Shown one piece after another: positions 14,150 to 26,917 of a DNA stretch of 64,000 nucleotides. Below the pieces are notes generated by a model. That model was not told the DNA's origin. It saw nothing but the letters and a program-made list of their open reading frames with translations, and searched no databases. A program made the position numbers and the translations under genes. Source of the DNA: Eledone cirrhosa (lineage: Eukaryota); assembly GCA_964016885.1 (NCBI GenBank), contig OZ024742.1, positions 191,456,001 to 191,520,000 on the forward strand, in the 5' to 3' direction. Position 1 is the first letter of the stretch. Every line of letters starts with the position of its first letter.

Positions 14150-14972
14150 AATTTTTGACCTGTTTAGCTTGATTTGCTTTTTGGATTAGGTGGTTGATGC
14201 TTTGTGGACCATTTTTTTCAGTTTTGTATGGCTTCTTAACATATTGTTTAGCTCTGCTTTTAACTATTGAGCACTTTACCAGTGTAATTTCTGATTTTTG
14301 CGTTTCGTTTCCCCTTTCCAACCCGCCGAAATGCGATTTTCGCTGAATCTATATTTGTATTAATCTCCCGTGTCTTACAATTAACTTGTTAATAATTTTT
14401 ACTGACAAGTTAATTGTATAAGTTTATTTTTAAAACAACCCAGTTGATAACTTATTCAATTTGAGCAATTAATGCAATTTTTTACATGATATTCACTTAC
14501 TGAATTCTTTTTCCAAAATATGGGGTTATTTTCCCTTGTGATTTCCACACGTGGTTTAACTTGCCTCTGTGCCAATCACACATTTGGTACGGAGCAAAAT
14601 ACCTGTTGATAACGTGATATTCCTTGTTCGATCATTATACCTAAAGCTTATATTTTTAAGCAGACAGTACTTTGATTTAGGTGTCATAGAAACCCTGCAT
14701 TGGATTTTAACAGAAATTCCAAGGGGTGCAGGTCTGGTTTTATCATTTATTATTTTTTTTCATTTATTTTCTTATGACCTGTTTAGCTTGATTTGCTTTC
14801 TGGCTTAGGTGGTTGATGCTTTCTTGACTACTTTTTCAGTTTTGTATGGCTTCTTAACATATTGTTTAGCTCTATTTTTAACTATTGAGCTCTTTGCCAG
14901 TGTCATTTGTGATTTTTGCGTTTCGTTTCGCCTTTCCTACCCGCCGAAATGCGATTCTTGCTGAATCTATAT
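14150..14972 (+). repeat. Two copies of a ~200-bp dispersed repeat (14150-14355, 14775-14972); third copy at 51380-51582
   Basis: Shared tgacctg.ttagcttgatttgc...ccgccgaaatgcgatt...gctgaat; TA-associated; probable PLE terminal repeat. Strand uncertain. Confidence 0.7.
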
Positions 14973-14973
14973 T

Positions 14974-15060
<87 letters not shown>

Positions 15061-15076
15061 TATATATATACATATA

Positions 15077-15124
<48 letters not shown>

Positions 15125-15761
15125 AATATATATATATATAAATATATAAGAGACATGTATCATTAGCATAAAGAAGAAGGAACTATGATATAATATATTA
15201 GATGTCTTTAGCAGCGGTTAAACCTAATTCAAATAGCCAATATATAGTTATGAATATATTTCAAAATATAACTAATTCTCGTACTAGACATTTCCTTGAC
15301 CCAGAATAAAGACATACAATCCTGTCTTTCCTCTTTTTTCTTTTGCTATTCCCTTTTGTAATGTTCCCATTTTTGTTCCCATTTTTGACAATATTCTTTA
15401 CCACGTAATAAGCAATTATATGCAATAACAACACTAGACGACTGCAGCTTATAACTGATAGTTTAAGACTGGAAGCCGTCATCACCATTACACTATGTAA
15501 CCTACACTCTAATTATATGCCTTAATCCTGTTAATTTACAAAAACACCGTAGTTACCTCCCTTTGGATAAATACGCCCCTTTTAACGCCACCATTTTGTC
15601 TAGTTTATTTTTTTAGGAAACAATAGGCATAGCATGGAAATGATGGATTATTAATACCTCCATAATTTTTAAAGAATAAACGTTTCATGAATATGTAGCC
15701 TATGCTGTTCTGTTGTACGGACTCGGACTATCCCTTCTGTGGCATCTTTAAGGACAGAACT

Positions 15762-15869
15762 TTTCCTCTGATGAGTCTTATGAGTGCATCTCTACGGTGG
15801 AATATATACATATATATATCTACCTACTGTAATGTAAATGAACTAGAAGACGAAACACTGTGCAAGAAA
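15762..15869 (+). ncRNA. Hammerhead-like motif with a long stem II loop
   Basis: CTGATGA-gtctt...aagac-GAAA-cactgtg; cleavage site degenerate; about 50 bp upstream of (TA)n. Confidence 0.5.
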
Positions 15870-15914
15870 TAAATTTAGTTTTAAAGGTCTTGCTTTCTCC
15901 GCCATATATTTCTG

Positions 15915-15967
<53 letters not shown>

Positions 15968-16032
15968 AAGCAGTGCGTCTGACCCTCTACCGATACTGCC
16001 AATTTGAAATAATGATATATATATATATCATT

Positions 16033-16601
16033 TGGATTGGCAGTATCGGTAGAAGGTCGGCGCCATGCTTTGCAGTAAAGGGTTACGGCGCTTTATGGTC
16101 TGAGTTCAAATCCCGCCGAGGTTAACTTTGCCTTTCATCCTTACGGGGGTCGATAAAATAAAGTACCAGTAATACACTGGGATAATTGCTGGCCTTGTGC
16201 CAAAAGTAGAAACAATTATTTCAAATTGGCAGTATCAGTAGAGGGTCGGACGCACTGCTTTGACGAATAGAGTTACGGCCCTTGCCATTCTGAGTTCAAA
16301 ACCCGCCGAGGTTAACTTTGCCTTTCATCCTTACGGGGTTGATAAAATAAAGTACCAGTAATACATTGGATAATTGCTAGCCTTGTGCCAAAAGTAGAAA
16401 CAATTATTTCTTCTGATGAAATCGGTAGATTGGCAGTATCGGTAGAGTGTCGGACGCCATGCTTTCCAGCATAGTTATGTCCCTTTACAGTCTGAGTTCA
16501 AATCCCGCCGAGTTTAACTTTGCCTTTCATCCTTACTGGGTTGATAAAATAAAGTACTGGGTAATTGCTGGCCTTGTTCCAAAAAGTAGAAACAATTATT
16601 T
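16033..16601 (+). mobile_element. Three tandem tRNA-derived SINE copies (Meta-domain-like)
   Basis: ~190-bp units with A-box-like tggcagtatcgg, B-box gagttcaaatccc, central cctttcatccttacggggtcgataaaataaagtaccag and tail gctggccttgtgccaaaagtagaaac. Confidence 0.8.
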
Positions 16602-16783
16602 CTTCTGATGAAGCACTAGCGTCGAACACATTTAGACCCTCTTCCTGTTTTCCTGCTATAGCAAGCGTTAACCTAATATATCCCTTCAATATACTGTACC
16701 GATTGTGTTGTTATTTCTGTTTACATTTTACACACACACACACACACACACATACGCATACACATACACAAACATACACACAT

Positions 16784-16855
<72 letters not shown>

Positions 16856-18054
16856 CATAGGGATAACTAATTACCGTAAGCTCACCAAAACACGGCACCA
16901 TAGCAGCGAGAGGTCTAGACTTGACAGCAACCCTAATGGCCTTAACGTTTCCCTAGCAGCAGCAAACAGTGTTGGCGGCAGCTCCAACAGACACAACCGA
17001 CATAACAGCGGCGGTACTGGGGAGCATGCTGGTGACCTGTACGGGTTACGAGGTGGCAACAGAGGACGGTGTGGCGTGCGTGGTAATAATGGTACTACCC
17101 CGCGCGCCATAGGATATAATAGGACTAACTACGGAGATAGTAGCGGTGACGTGGCTAATAACATAGGTAGTGATAGTAATGGCCTTACTTCGGGCACGAG
17201 GTGCCACCGCAGCGGCAGCGGCAGCGGCCGACACTGCAACTGTCGTGACCCGGGAAGCTGTCCGCTCAGGGGAAGTTGCCTGACAGACAATGTTATTTAT
17301 AGCTGCACCGTAACTAGCCATAATAACGTCAAGTATTATATAGGGGCCACCTCTGGCTTGTTCAAAATTAGATTTCGAACGCATCACCACTCTTTTAGAA
17401 ACACGAAGGTAAGATACTCCACATCACTCGCCAACTACATCACATTGAAAGACTCCAACTTTAGCTTCTTCACTTACTGGGAAATTGTCAGCAGAGCAAC
17501 TCCGTACAATTTCATAAGGAAGTGCCAGTCTTGCCTCATGGAACTTTACCATATCGTAAGAGCATCCCTATAGCTCATCAACGGCAGAGCAGAATCTGTG
17601 ATAAACTGCAGACACAGAATACAGCAGTCATTCTATGGTTGGATCCCGGTTAAGACCTGAACACCATAAACTGGGTCCCCCTTCACCAAACCCTATCACG
17701 CCGTCGGGCAGGTTGCATAAGTAAACATATGTACACTAATTTTGCCTCTCAGATCCGGCCCAACTAGGCAGTAGTAAAGTGGCACCCATAAAATAATAAT
17801 GGAAAACAACCGTCATGTGAACGGATGATAAGCCATTTGCGGACATTTATTCAAACACCGGCCAGAGTTGCTCCCCTTGCTCTGTGACAATAACAACCAT
17901 GTCTGTTTGAATCAAGAATAAACTTCGATGTGATTATCATCTCAAAACCCCTTCTCTAGATTTGTATGGCCTTGAGAAGCTCTTTTCGGGTGAAACGTAC
18001 GTAGGTGCTTTTGTATAAAGATGTTCTAACACTATGTATTCTCCTTTGTAATCC

Positions 18055-18060
<6 letters not shown>
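16856..18060 (+). mobile_element. Naiad-type PLE 3' fragment (GIY-YIG, 3' region, hammerhead at 17969-18006)
   Basis: CNCRDPGSCPLRGSCLTDNVIYSC..YYIGAT..FKIRF..CQSC. Motif gcc-TTGAGAA-gctc ttttc gggt-GAAA-cgtacg-TA-ggt. (TA)n flanks. Confidence 0.85.
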
Positions 18061-18124
<64 letters not shown>

Positions 18125-18460
18125 TTTAACAACAAACAGCGAAAGACGCGTTCCGGACTTGTCCGACAGATAACCTTTTCCCCCACTCCGGAAAAAAACC
18201 CCAGTTGATGGATGTGAATCCGAAATATATAGGGACTATTAAATCTCTCCCAAGGTAACTCTCTCTTGTGTTGTTACTTTTATTTTTATCCTTTATACTC
18301 TTCCCTTCATTCTACACATCTCACACATCTTATACACACCACGCATCTCAACGTACACCCACTTACATCTCTCTCTCCACCACCGGACCTTGTTACCCGG
18401 AGATTTACCCATTTGCATTGTCGCGGCTTCCAAACGACTTAAAGATATTTACTTATTGTT
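18125..18460 (+). mobile_element. Solo pseudo-LTR of the Penelope/Poseidon-type family at 51834-52853
   Basis: Highly similar to 52530-52853; within (TA)n. Confidence 0.8.
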
Positions 18461-18487
18461 CCACAATGGTTCAAGCAAACTTCAATA

Positions 18488-18562
<75 letters not shown>

Positions 18563-19346
18563 GTGTGTGTTTGTGTGTTTTTGTGTCTCTGTGTTTGTGT
18601 ATTCCGGTAAGAGTGTAGATATTATGTAATGCATCCCATTTTGATGAAAAGACTAGTGTTATCTTTACATGGTGATAACATACATGTGTGCAGTGAGTTT
18701 ATAACTGATCAAAGTATTTTTAACATTAAAATATGTAGTGTGAATGTACAAATACAACGTTGATGTGTATCCATGTTTCCCAATATTGTCAGGATTCATT
18801 CGTGGGAGAACTCCTCCTTTACACCAACCGCATTGATGTAGGGGTTGCGCGCGCGAGGGAATATACATTTAATCTGAAATTTAACAAACAGACGGCATAT
18901 GTGATATAAGTTATATCTCTCATTATATATCTATATATATATACATATATACATATTGGAATATGTGTGAGATTCTTGGTACAGTTAGGTAGATTTGAAA
19001 AAAAGGCAAAGAATGACTTCACTTGTAGTGTTAAAACAATTTTTGGATTTAATTTTATAATATTATAATATTATGAGTTGGTAGATCCCCTAACTTCTTT
19101 GTTAACTTGAGTGGGAAGTATTTTAGAGATTCCTGGTTAACTTGGGTTGGAGAACTTTCTGGCATTCGTCTGTCTGTGGCGATTATACACACACAGTCAC
19201 ATATATTATTTTCTATGCCTAAGTGAAAAGACACGTTACTATCGCGTTTCACCTGTTTACTCACACACTCATAGGTCGAAGCTAATATATACATATATAC
19301 ACATTCCTATCTTATACTCTGTTCAACTGTCGCAACACTGTAGCCT

Positions 19347-19398
<52 letters not shown>

Positions 19399-19400
<2 letters not shown>

Positions 19401-20600
19401 CGGAGGAAATGTGGTAAGGAACCAGGTGGACCATAACGCACCAAAGTACTCAATACTTTGGGTAGTAGAGTGGGTAATAGACCGCGTTATCCCAAAAGTT
19501 AAGCAACACTCCAGACTTAGCCTATGGGTCACCACCCAGGAAGTAATCTCATGGTTCAGCAATATGGAGGAAAAACGAGACACTATATTCATCCTGTTTG
19601 ACATAGAGAGTTACTATGTTTCAATCACCTTACCACTACTTACGGCTGCCTTGGACTTCGCCGAAGCATTTGTGCCCATCACCGACCAGGAAAGAAACAT
19701 CATCCTCCACGCCAGGAAGACAGTCTTACTCTTCGACAACTCCAAATGGATAAAGAGAGCTTCCGACTCACCCTTCGACATCAGCATCGGCTGAGGTCAC
19801 GGATCTTATAGGTTTATTCCTAATAGCCAAACTCACCGATATGTTTCTTGCATTTGGCGGTGGATTGTACCGTGATAATGGGCTCCTTACCCTTAAAGGG
19901 TACAACCCCAGTAGTACAGATCGGGTCCGTAAACAATTAATCAGCTTCTTCCGCGACTGGGGATTTAAAATAACCCTACAAACGTCCCTGACCCGAGTAA
20001 ACTTCCTGGACGTTACCCTTGACCTCGATAATGATCTGTACTACCCATACAGGAAACCTAACAACAACCTGCACTACATCCACCGGCGATCAAACCATCC
20101 TAGGAACATCACCAATAACCTGGTTAAAAAACATCTCCCTCCGCATATCCCGTTTGTCAGCTAATGAGCAGATATTGTTTTTTTTTGTTTTGTTTTTTTA
20201 CATTTAATTCCTTTTTAACACTCTCGGTATTTTTCTAGATATTTACCCTATATTGTTTTACTTATTGTTTCGACTTCCTCCCCCTCCCCTCCCTAGTATC
20301 CTCTTTGACCTCATGCCCAGCTGTAGTCGGCACTATCAACGCATGACTGGGTCTCCTCCACCCGCTCTCCCTGTTTCTCCTACTGGAGGGTTCAGCTAAC
20401 CCTTCCCTCCACAAATTGTCATGATATAATTATTATGTCTCAACAACAAACTTTTGACCAATCCTTGTGACAATCACTTTTACCATTTATGGAATTACCC
20501 CTTGAGAAGCTCGGCTATTCAAATACCAGGATAAAAATGTTCATTTACTCCAGAATTAGCCGTCGAAACGGCTTGAGCTCAGCCGTCGGGGTCCTACTTT
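19399..20600 (+). mobile_element. Naiad-type PLE, internally deleted: inverted tail, RT fragment, family W hammerhead pseudo-LTR
   Basis: RT motifs FILFDIESYY, PFDISIG, GLYRDNGL (YRDD-like), VNFLDVTLDL, SNHP at 19481-20170. 19399-19480 is the reverse complement of the W tail. (TA)n on both sides. Confidence 0.87.
20497..20592 (+). ncRNA. Complete family W hammerhead-like motif, TTGAGAA core
   Basis: acccc-TTGAGAA-g..cggcta..tagccg.c-GAAA-cggct tgagctc agccg-TC-ggggt; 5-bp stems I and III. Confidence 0.72.
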
Positions 20601-20614
20601 TATATATATATATA

Positions 20615-21553
20615 TGGAGGAGGTTATAGTTCACTTGAAGCATTGTGTAATGAGGTATAAACGTTTGTATATGTATAATAAAGCCAAAACAATGCAGGTA
20701 TGGACGTAGAATAAAGAATGCAAATGCATAAGATATTGTTGACAATTAGTCTTTTACCTTAGATTTATTTAAATGCCCTTAATTTTCGAGATAATATCTC
20801 TTCTTCGGAGGGAAGTAAAGCGGTTAAACCAGTATTCTAAATAGCTTGCCAAGTCATCCTGACAGGAAATGGTATAGAGTATCTGTTCTATCTCTAATGT
20901 CAAAGAGTTAAGGGTAGGTGGATAAAGAGTAGTCTTCCTTTAAAAGGTTTTTTTTGTACATGCCTGTTTAAGTGTGTGGGAGAATGCATGAAGGTGTAAG
21001 TATGTGAGCATGTGTGTGTGTGAGTGTGAGAAGATATCTTTATACGTAAACGTGGGGGATAGATGTTATCTCGTGTTAGAACTGGTCTTTGTGTGTGTAT
21101 GTGTGTGTGTGAGAGAGATAAGTGGAGGTGTAAGCGTGCGTGTGTGCGTGTGAGTGTGCGTGCGTGTGTGTGCGTATGTGTGTGCGTGTGCGTGTGTGGG
21201 GGTGTGTGTAAATATGGGACTAGAAGCTCTATCAAGTTATAAATTGGGTGTTGAGTTCTAGTCTATTATTGATTGGTGGTTGTGTTTTGTCTATAATTAG
21301 TGCTTCCTTAATTATAACATTGCCGAGGTTTCTTTCCTTAGTTTCTATCCTAACTTTTATGGTTTTGTCGGTGTTTTAAAACATTGATTTAACCGCTTTA
21401 CTTCCCTCCGAAGAAGAGATATTATCTCGAAAATTAAGGACATTTAAATAAATCTAAGGTAAAGGACGAATTGTCAACAATATCTTTTGCGTTTGCACTA
21501 TTTATTCTATGTCCATACCTGCATTGTTTTGGCTTTATTATACATATACAAAC

Positions 21554-21560
<7 letters not shown>
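20615..21560. mobile_element. PLE-derived insertion with inverted ~175-bp pseudo-LTRs, each with a hammerhead (20776-20812 minus, 21404-21440 plus)
   Basis: 20656-20827 is the reverse complement of 21389-21560. Motif ccct-CCGAAGA-a gagat att atctc-GAAA-at-TA-aggg. Confidence 0.75.
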
Positions 21561-21608
<48 letters not shown>

Positions 21609-21682
21609 TAATGAGAGATATAACTTATATCACATATTCCGCGCACGCACACACACACACACACACACATACACACACACAT

Positions 21683-21745
<63 letters not shown>

Positions 21746-21997
21746 TATAAGGGATATTTAATTTGTTGGTAATTTTTAACAAATATAAATGTTTATAACT
21801 GATTCGAAGCTCTCGACAGTATTTTCTGGAGTATAATATTCAATGATATTAAATAAATGGAAACTATATTTATGAAATAAACTTTGTATTTTATCTGATG
21901 AGTGCGTACCAAAGTGTTGGTACCATTGAAATATATATAATGGAATAAATATGGTTTTATAAATATAGTTTCCATTTATTTAATATCATTGAATTGT
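21746..21997. mobile_element. PLE pseudo-LTR family Y: inverted tail plus plus-strand hammerhead (21891-21940)
   Basis: ttat-CTGATGA..gtacca..tggtac..GAAA-tatatataa. Same family at 22661-22787, 40600-40675, 54820-55020, 61637-61920 and 62626-63870. Confidence 0.75.
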
Positions 21998-22044
<47 letters not shown>

Positions 22045-22050
<6 letters not shown>

Positions 22051-22600
22051 TAAGTATGTACACGTACATACATATGTATATATATATACATACATGCACA
22101 CATATATATATGTACGTATGAATTCACCGCACATTTATTATAATACTCGGTGTGTTTGTAAATAAACATCCCGTATTAAGCCGTAGTGTCCAGCAACCAT
22201 CGTTGACATTTCGTTTCATTTTTTACGTTTATCGTTTTCGGTGCACCCGGCCGATTAACCCACTCGATATGCAAATTGGGCTTGTCAGCCGTTAATATGC
22301 ATAAGGTAAGTATATACGTTCAACAATCTGGCAGGAAGGTATACGTTGCTGACGATAGCTAATACGCTTGAAACTAGAACAGCGTTCCTTGTCAGTGTTG
22401 AACAAATGAGCAACGATGGTTGTTGGACACTACGGCCTAATACAGGATGTTTGTTTAAAAACACACCGAGCATTATAATAAATGTGCGGTGAATCCATAC
22501 GTATATATATATATGTGTGTGCATGTATGTATATATATATACATACTACTGTACGTCTGTATACATATATGTATGTACGTGTACATACTTATATTTAAGT
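22045..22600. repeat. Dispersed repeat family X in inverted configuration
   Basis: 22113-22205 is the reverse complement of 22410-22502; 22260-22600 (minus) matches 25678-26000. Confidence 0.7.
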
Positions 22601-22780
22601 AACAGCCGTACTAAGAGTGGGAAATAAAATTTTGTTTCATTTTTTCCGTATATATATATATACAATTCAATGATATTAAATAAATGGAAACTATATTTAT
22701 AAAACCATATTTATTCTATTATATATAATAGGATATGTATGGTTTTATAAATATTGTTCCCATTTATTTAATATCATTGA

Positions 22781-22834
<54 letters not shown>

Positions 22835-22837
<3 letters not shown>

Positions 22838-24112
22838 GTTAACTTCCTAGACGCCACACTATACCTAGACTCAAAAATATATACACCTTTCCACAAGCCT
22901 AATGAGAAACTTATTTACGTAGATACCAAGTCTAATCACCCTAGATCAATATTAAACTCTATCTCTAAGGGGGTGTCCAATAGAATATCTAGTCTGTCCT
23001 ATGACGCAAACATATTTAGCAAAAACTCACAATATTACAATCAAGCATTAGCTAGCTCCGGCCATAATATAGAAATTGAGTTCCTACCTAAGAAAACACA
23101 TAGCTACAACATCATCTCGCACAACATGTCCATGAGGAAATCTAATAATAGGAATAGCAACCACAAGTACACCAAAGCGGAGGGTGCCACCGGAAGTAAC
23201 CATTACCATGGAAACTACTGTGGGGCCTTAGGAGGAAGCAAGACACCAAACACTAAAAGCAAAAATAGAAGAAGAAATAATACATTTTTCAACCATCCTT
23301 TCAACCTAAATGTCTCCACCAACATACCTAGGGCTTGCTTCTCACTACTAGATAAAAACTTCCCTCTAGGACACAAGTACCACAACCTCTTAAACAAAAA
23401 CACCATTAAAATATCATACTCTACGACGCCTAACTTAGCATACCACATAGCTAGCAGCAATAATAGTAAAATTAGTTCTTACTTCCAACAAACAAAATCA
23501 CAACGGGATGCAAACCCTCTAAATACCACTGTAGCAAGCAACCATAGCAACGGCAGTAACAATAGAAATAACACTAGTATAAGTAATAACACCAGGGTTG
23601 TCAACCCGAACACCCAAAATCCTATATCTACCACACAGACTTCCACATTGCATTATAACCAGCGGACTAACGCACAGGATAATTGTAACTGTAGAGCTAA
23701 TAGAACCTGCCCTTTGGATAAAAAATGCCTAACCAAGGATGTCATATACTCATGCACCGTCACGACTAATAACTCTTCAGAAACCTATGTAGGCTCCACT
23801 TCTAACTGCTTCAAAATCAGATATAATTCGCACATCCACTCGTTCAAAAAGCACAGCCTAGCCAACTCCACCTCACTTTCTAGCTACATACACTATCTAA
23901 AATCTAAAAATAAACCATACACATTCAAATGGGAAGTGATAGGAAGCGCGACCTCGTACAAACCACCTAATAAATTCTGTAACCTCTGTATACTAGAGAC
24001 ACACAATATTATCTTCTCCAACCGTAACCTACTTAACAAAAAATCTGAGGTGTTTGCAACTTGCCAGCACCGCCTCAGACATTCCTTCCAAAACTTTAAG
24101 CCCAATATATAG
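22835..24112 (+). CDS. PLE polyprotein C-terminal part: RT thumb, Asn-rich linker, Cys motif, GIY-YIG endonuclease (5'-truncated, frame open)
   Basis: CNCRANRTCPLDKKCLTKDVIYSC..TYVGST..FKIRYNSH..CNLCILE..LLNKKSE..CQHR. Confidence 0.85.
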
Positions 24113-25536
24113 CAATGTCGGACTGGAACCTAACACCACATCTAGCATCAAACACCAGAGACACACCTTATACTACATACCCAACACTAACTGATCCATT
24201 ATAACACAAACAATGACATCCCTCTGGAACCCTTCGCAGGGAGAATACCCATTTATACCTCTACGGCAGGTGTGACAACATCCACCCACTTGAACGGCAC
24301 TACACCGCTCTAAGGGTATTTTGAGCACGAATTGATCGGTTGGATAGTGTGGTGCAGAGGAAACACCTTCCTTAGACGGATGTAAAATGATTTAATCGAG
24401 TAGCGCTGTTGACCAGTAGGACCGGACTGCTGAGCGCAGTGAGTGAATGCATTCCAACTGCCGTGCGGGTTGTACGTATATGGAGGATCTGACGGTCAGA
24501 GAGGGGTCGCGAGGACTGCGGATTGACCTTTGGCCGGCCTGGGAATAATTATCTTTCGACATCAAATGTAGCAAGCAATGACCCAGATCTTACCAGAGAT
24601 CATTGGGTCCTGAAGCAAGCCTGCAATCACCGCGCCTGGTCATATGAGCAGACTACAACCACAGAGATCATTAATTTAGAATCCTCGCTCATCATCTATA
24701 ATATCCATTTGTGGCACCTTAAGATGGGTTTCCACCATAATAATATGATCACCTTCAGCATAACTTAATTAAACTACTCTATAGTTAATACACTTTATGC
24801 TTTCAAAATCTCTCTTGGAAGATGCGCATCACCATGGAATTTAGGGTCTATATTGGGACACATTTTAATGGCTAGATATAGAAACCCCAGAGTTACCTCC
24901 CCGCATGCATTAACTCCCCTTAGCCACACACACACTTCCAGGCGGTATTCAATGGCGTTTCTAGAAACGTAACAACCTCCGGTATCGAACTAAAGAACAC
25001 CAGACTACGATCTCTAACTGGATTGTCGTGGATTATGTGAAGGGCATATAATCGAAAAATACACTCCCCTGACCATGAAAATGCCGAAGTAGATGAAATA
25101 CCTGACATCCCTGCGCTGTGCATCTCCATTACTTATAACACTTTTAATGCTTGCACTATCTTTAATGCTTATAATATTTCTCCACACACAGACTATATCA
25201 ATCATATAAAGAATTTGCCACCAGATCTACCAACCTAACACTCTTATTTACCTACCTAAGTGCCTCTACCACACATATCTCTCTGCCACACTATATAAAC
25301 AAGACGCACATGCGTGCCACACATATAACATTTGCACTATATAACCGCTTATCTTCATGTTGTATTTTAACCTATATTTTTGATTTTTGATTGCACCTAT
25401 TAATATAAATGTAATCTCGAAGTGTGTACTGCCACTCTAAATTCTGTAATGAATGTTGACCCACAATGTTTGAATATGTATTGGTATGTCTCTCGGCTTA
25501 AAAGGAGGTCATATAACTGTCCATGCATTAATAAAT

Positions 25537-25583
25537 TGCTCCGAAGAATCCAAACCTCAGTTTGGAGGAAACAGCTGTAAGCA
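25537..25583 (+). ncRNA. Minimal hammerhead with CCGAAGA core
   Basis: tgct-CCGAAGA-a tccaaac ctca gtttgga g-GAAA-cagctg-TA-agca; palindromic stem III. Confidence 0.75.
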
Positions 25584-25614
25584 CAATAATGTTTTGAACA
25601 GTTCTTTGATTCTT

Positions 25615-25677
<63 letters not shown>

Positions 25678-26076
25678 AAGTATGTATACGTACATACATA
25701 TATGTATACAGACGTACAGTAGTATGTATATATATACATACATGCACACATATATATATGTACGTATGGGTTTACCGAACATGTATTATAATGTTCGGTT
25801 TGTTTGTAAACAAACAGTCCGAATCACGCCGTACAGTCGCCTTTTTGTTCAACACTGACTCAGGAACGATGTACTAGTTTCAAGCTTATTAGCTATCGTC
25901 AGTATCGTATATCTTCCTGCCAGATGATCGAACGTCTGAAAGTATATAATTTCCTTATGCATATTAACGGCTGAGCAGAGTAATTTGCATATCGAGTGAG
26001 TTAGTGTTGCCATTTTGTTCAACACTGACAAAGGAACGATGAACTAGATTCTAGCTCATTAGCTGTCAGCAGCACT
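25678..26076 (+). repeat. Family X copy with a 170-bp partial tandem duplication
   Basis: gttcaacactgac..ggaacgatg.actag at 25847 and 26017; ends in (TA)n. Confidence 0.7.
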
Positions 26077-26094
26077 ATATATATATATACGTAA

Positions 26095-26315
26095 ATAAGA
26101 CGGTTATTGCTCCAGTCAGTGTACTCACACTCAGCCCCGGCGGACAGAATGGAGAAGGCGTTTCCATGAAGGATGGTATGGGAGATGCGCTGGAAGAGCC
26201 ATTCCATCTGGCGAGGCTCACACCTGCGGCTGGTCAGCTCAGTTCATACGGTGGTGAGTAGGGAGGGAACCCATTGGCAAGGACACCAGAAGTCTCCACT
26301 GCCAATAAATACCAG
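26095..26315 (-). mobile_element. 3' fragment of a CRE-like RLE non-LTR retrotransposon
   Basis: Hand translation LAVETSGVL / EPRQMEWLFQRISHTILHGNAFSIL resembles the VETxG..QRxSxAIQRGNA C-terminus of CRE-type elements; ends at (TA)n. Confidence 0.7.
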
Positions 26316-26784
26316 ACCTAAGAAAAATATATGTTGGTCTCGATATAATATATTAATCCGTTAAGGTCGCAACATGGCCGCAGTTCTATGATCGACACCA
26401 GTAAAAGAAAGAACAAAATATTATAAAATGCGTTAAATATATACTGAAACATCTTTGGAGGCTAAAAAGATCTGAACTCGTAAACATAATATCTGCTGAC
26501 GTAATATTCATTATTGCAAACTCATTTCGAAAAAAATACTTAGTAAAGAGAGACAAGATCATTTAGATTCATAGAATAACTATTACAATAAATCATTTTA
26601 CATGAACAGGTTATAACAGCGCATGTTTATATTCAAAATGTGTTTACATAATACATATGAGATATAATATCTCTTAAATAAAGACATCACCGTATGAAAT
26701 ATAACTTGAAAAGCCTGGTATGTTTATAGAAATAGATCTGCATCGCATTGTGTATGTATGAATATATGTGCTTCTATATGTGTG

Positions 26785-26846
<62 letters not shown>

Positions 26847-26860
26847 AGAGAGAGAGTGAG

Positions 26861-26917
<57 letters not shown>

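Larger units (their letters stand above)
22835..25622 (+). mobile_element. Naiad-type PLE, 5'-truncated, with a long 3' region and terminal hammerhead
   Basis: Starts in (TA)n at VNFLDATL and ends in (TA)n about 40 bp after the hammerhead. Confidence 0.88.

Noticed and set aside
16033-16601. CRISPR-like array
   Set aside because: ~190-bp SINE units without unique spacers; eukaryotic context; no cas genes.
22835-24640. Selenoprotein Naiad / SECIS hairpin at about 24577-24615
   Set aside because: No in-frame TGA at the Cys motif positions in the visible ORF; the hairpin lacks the apical AA and a correctly placed 3' GA.
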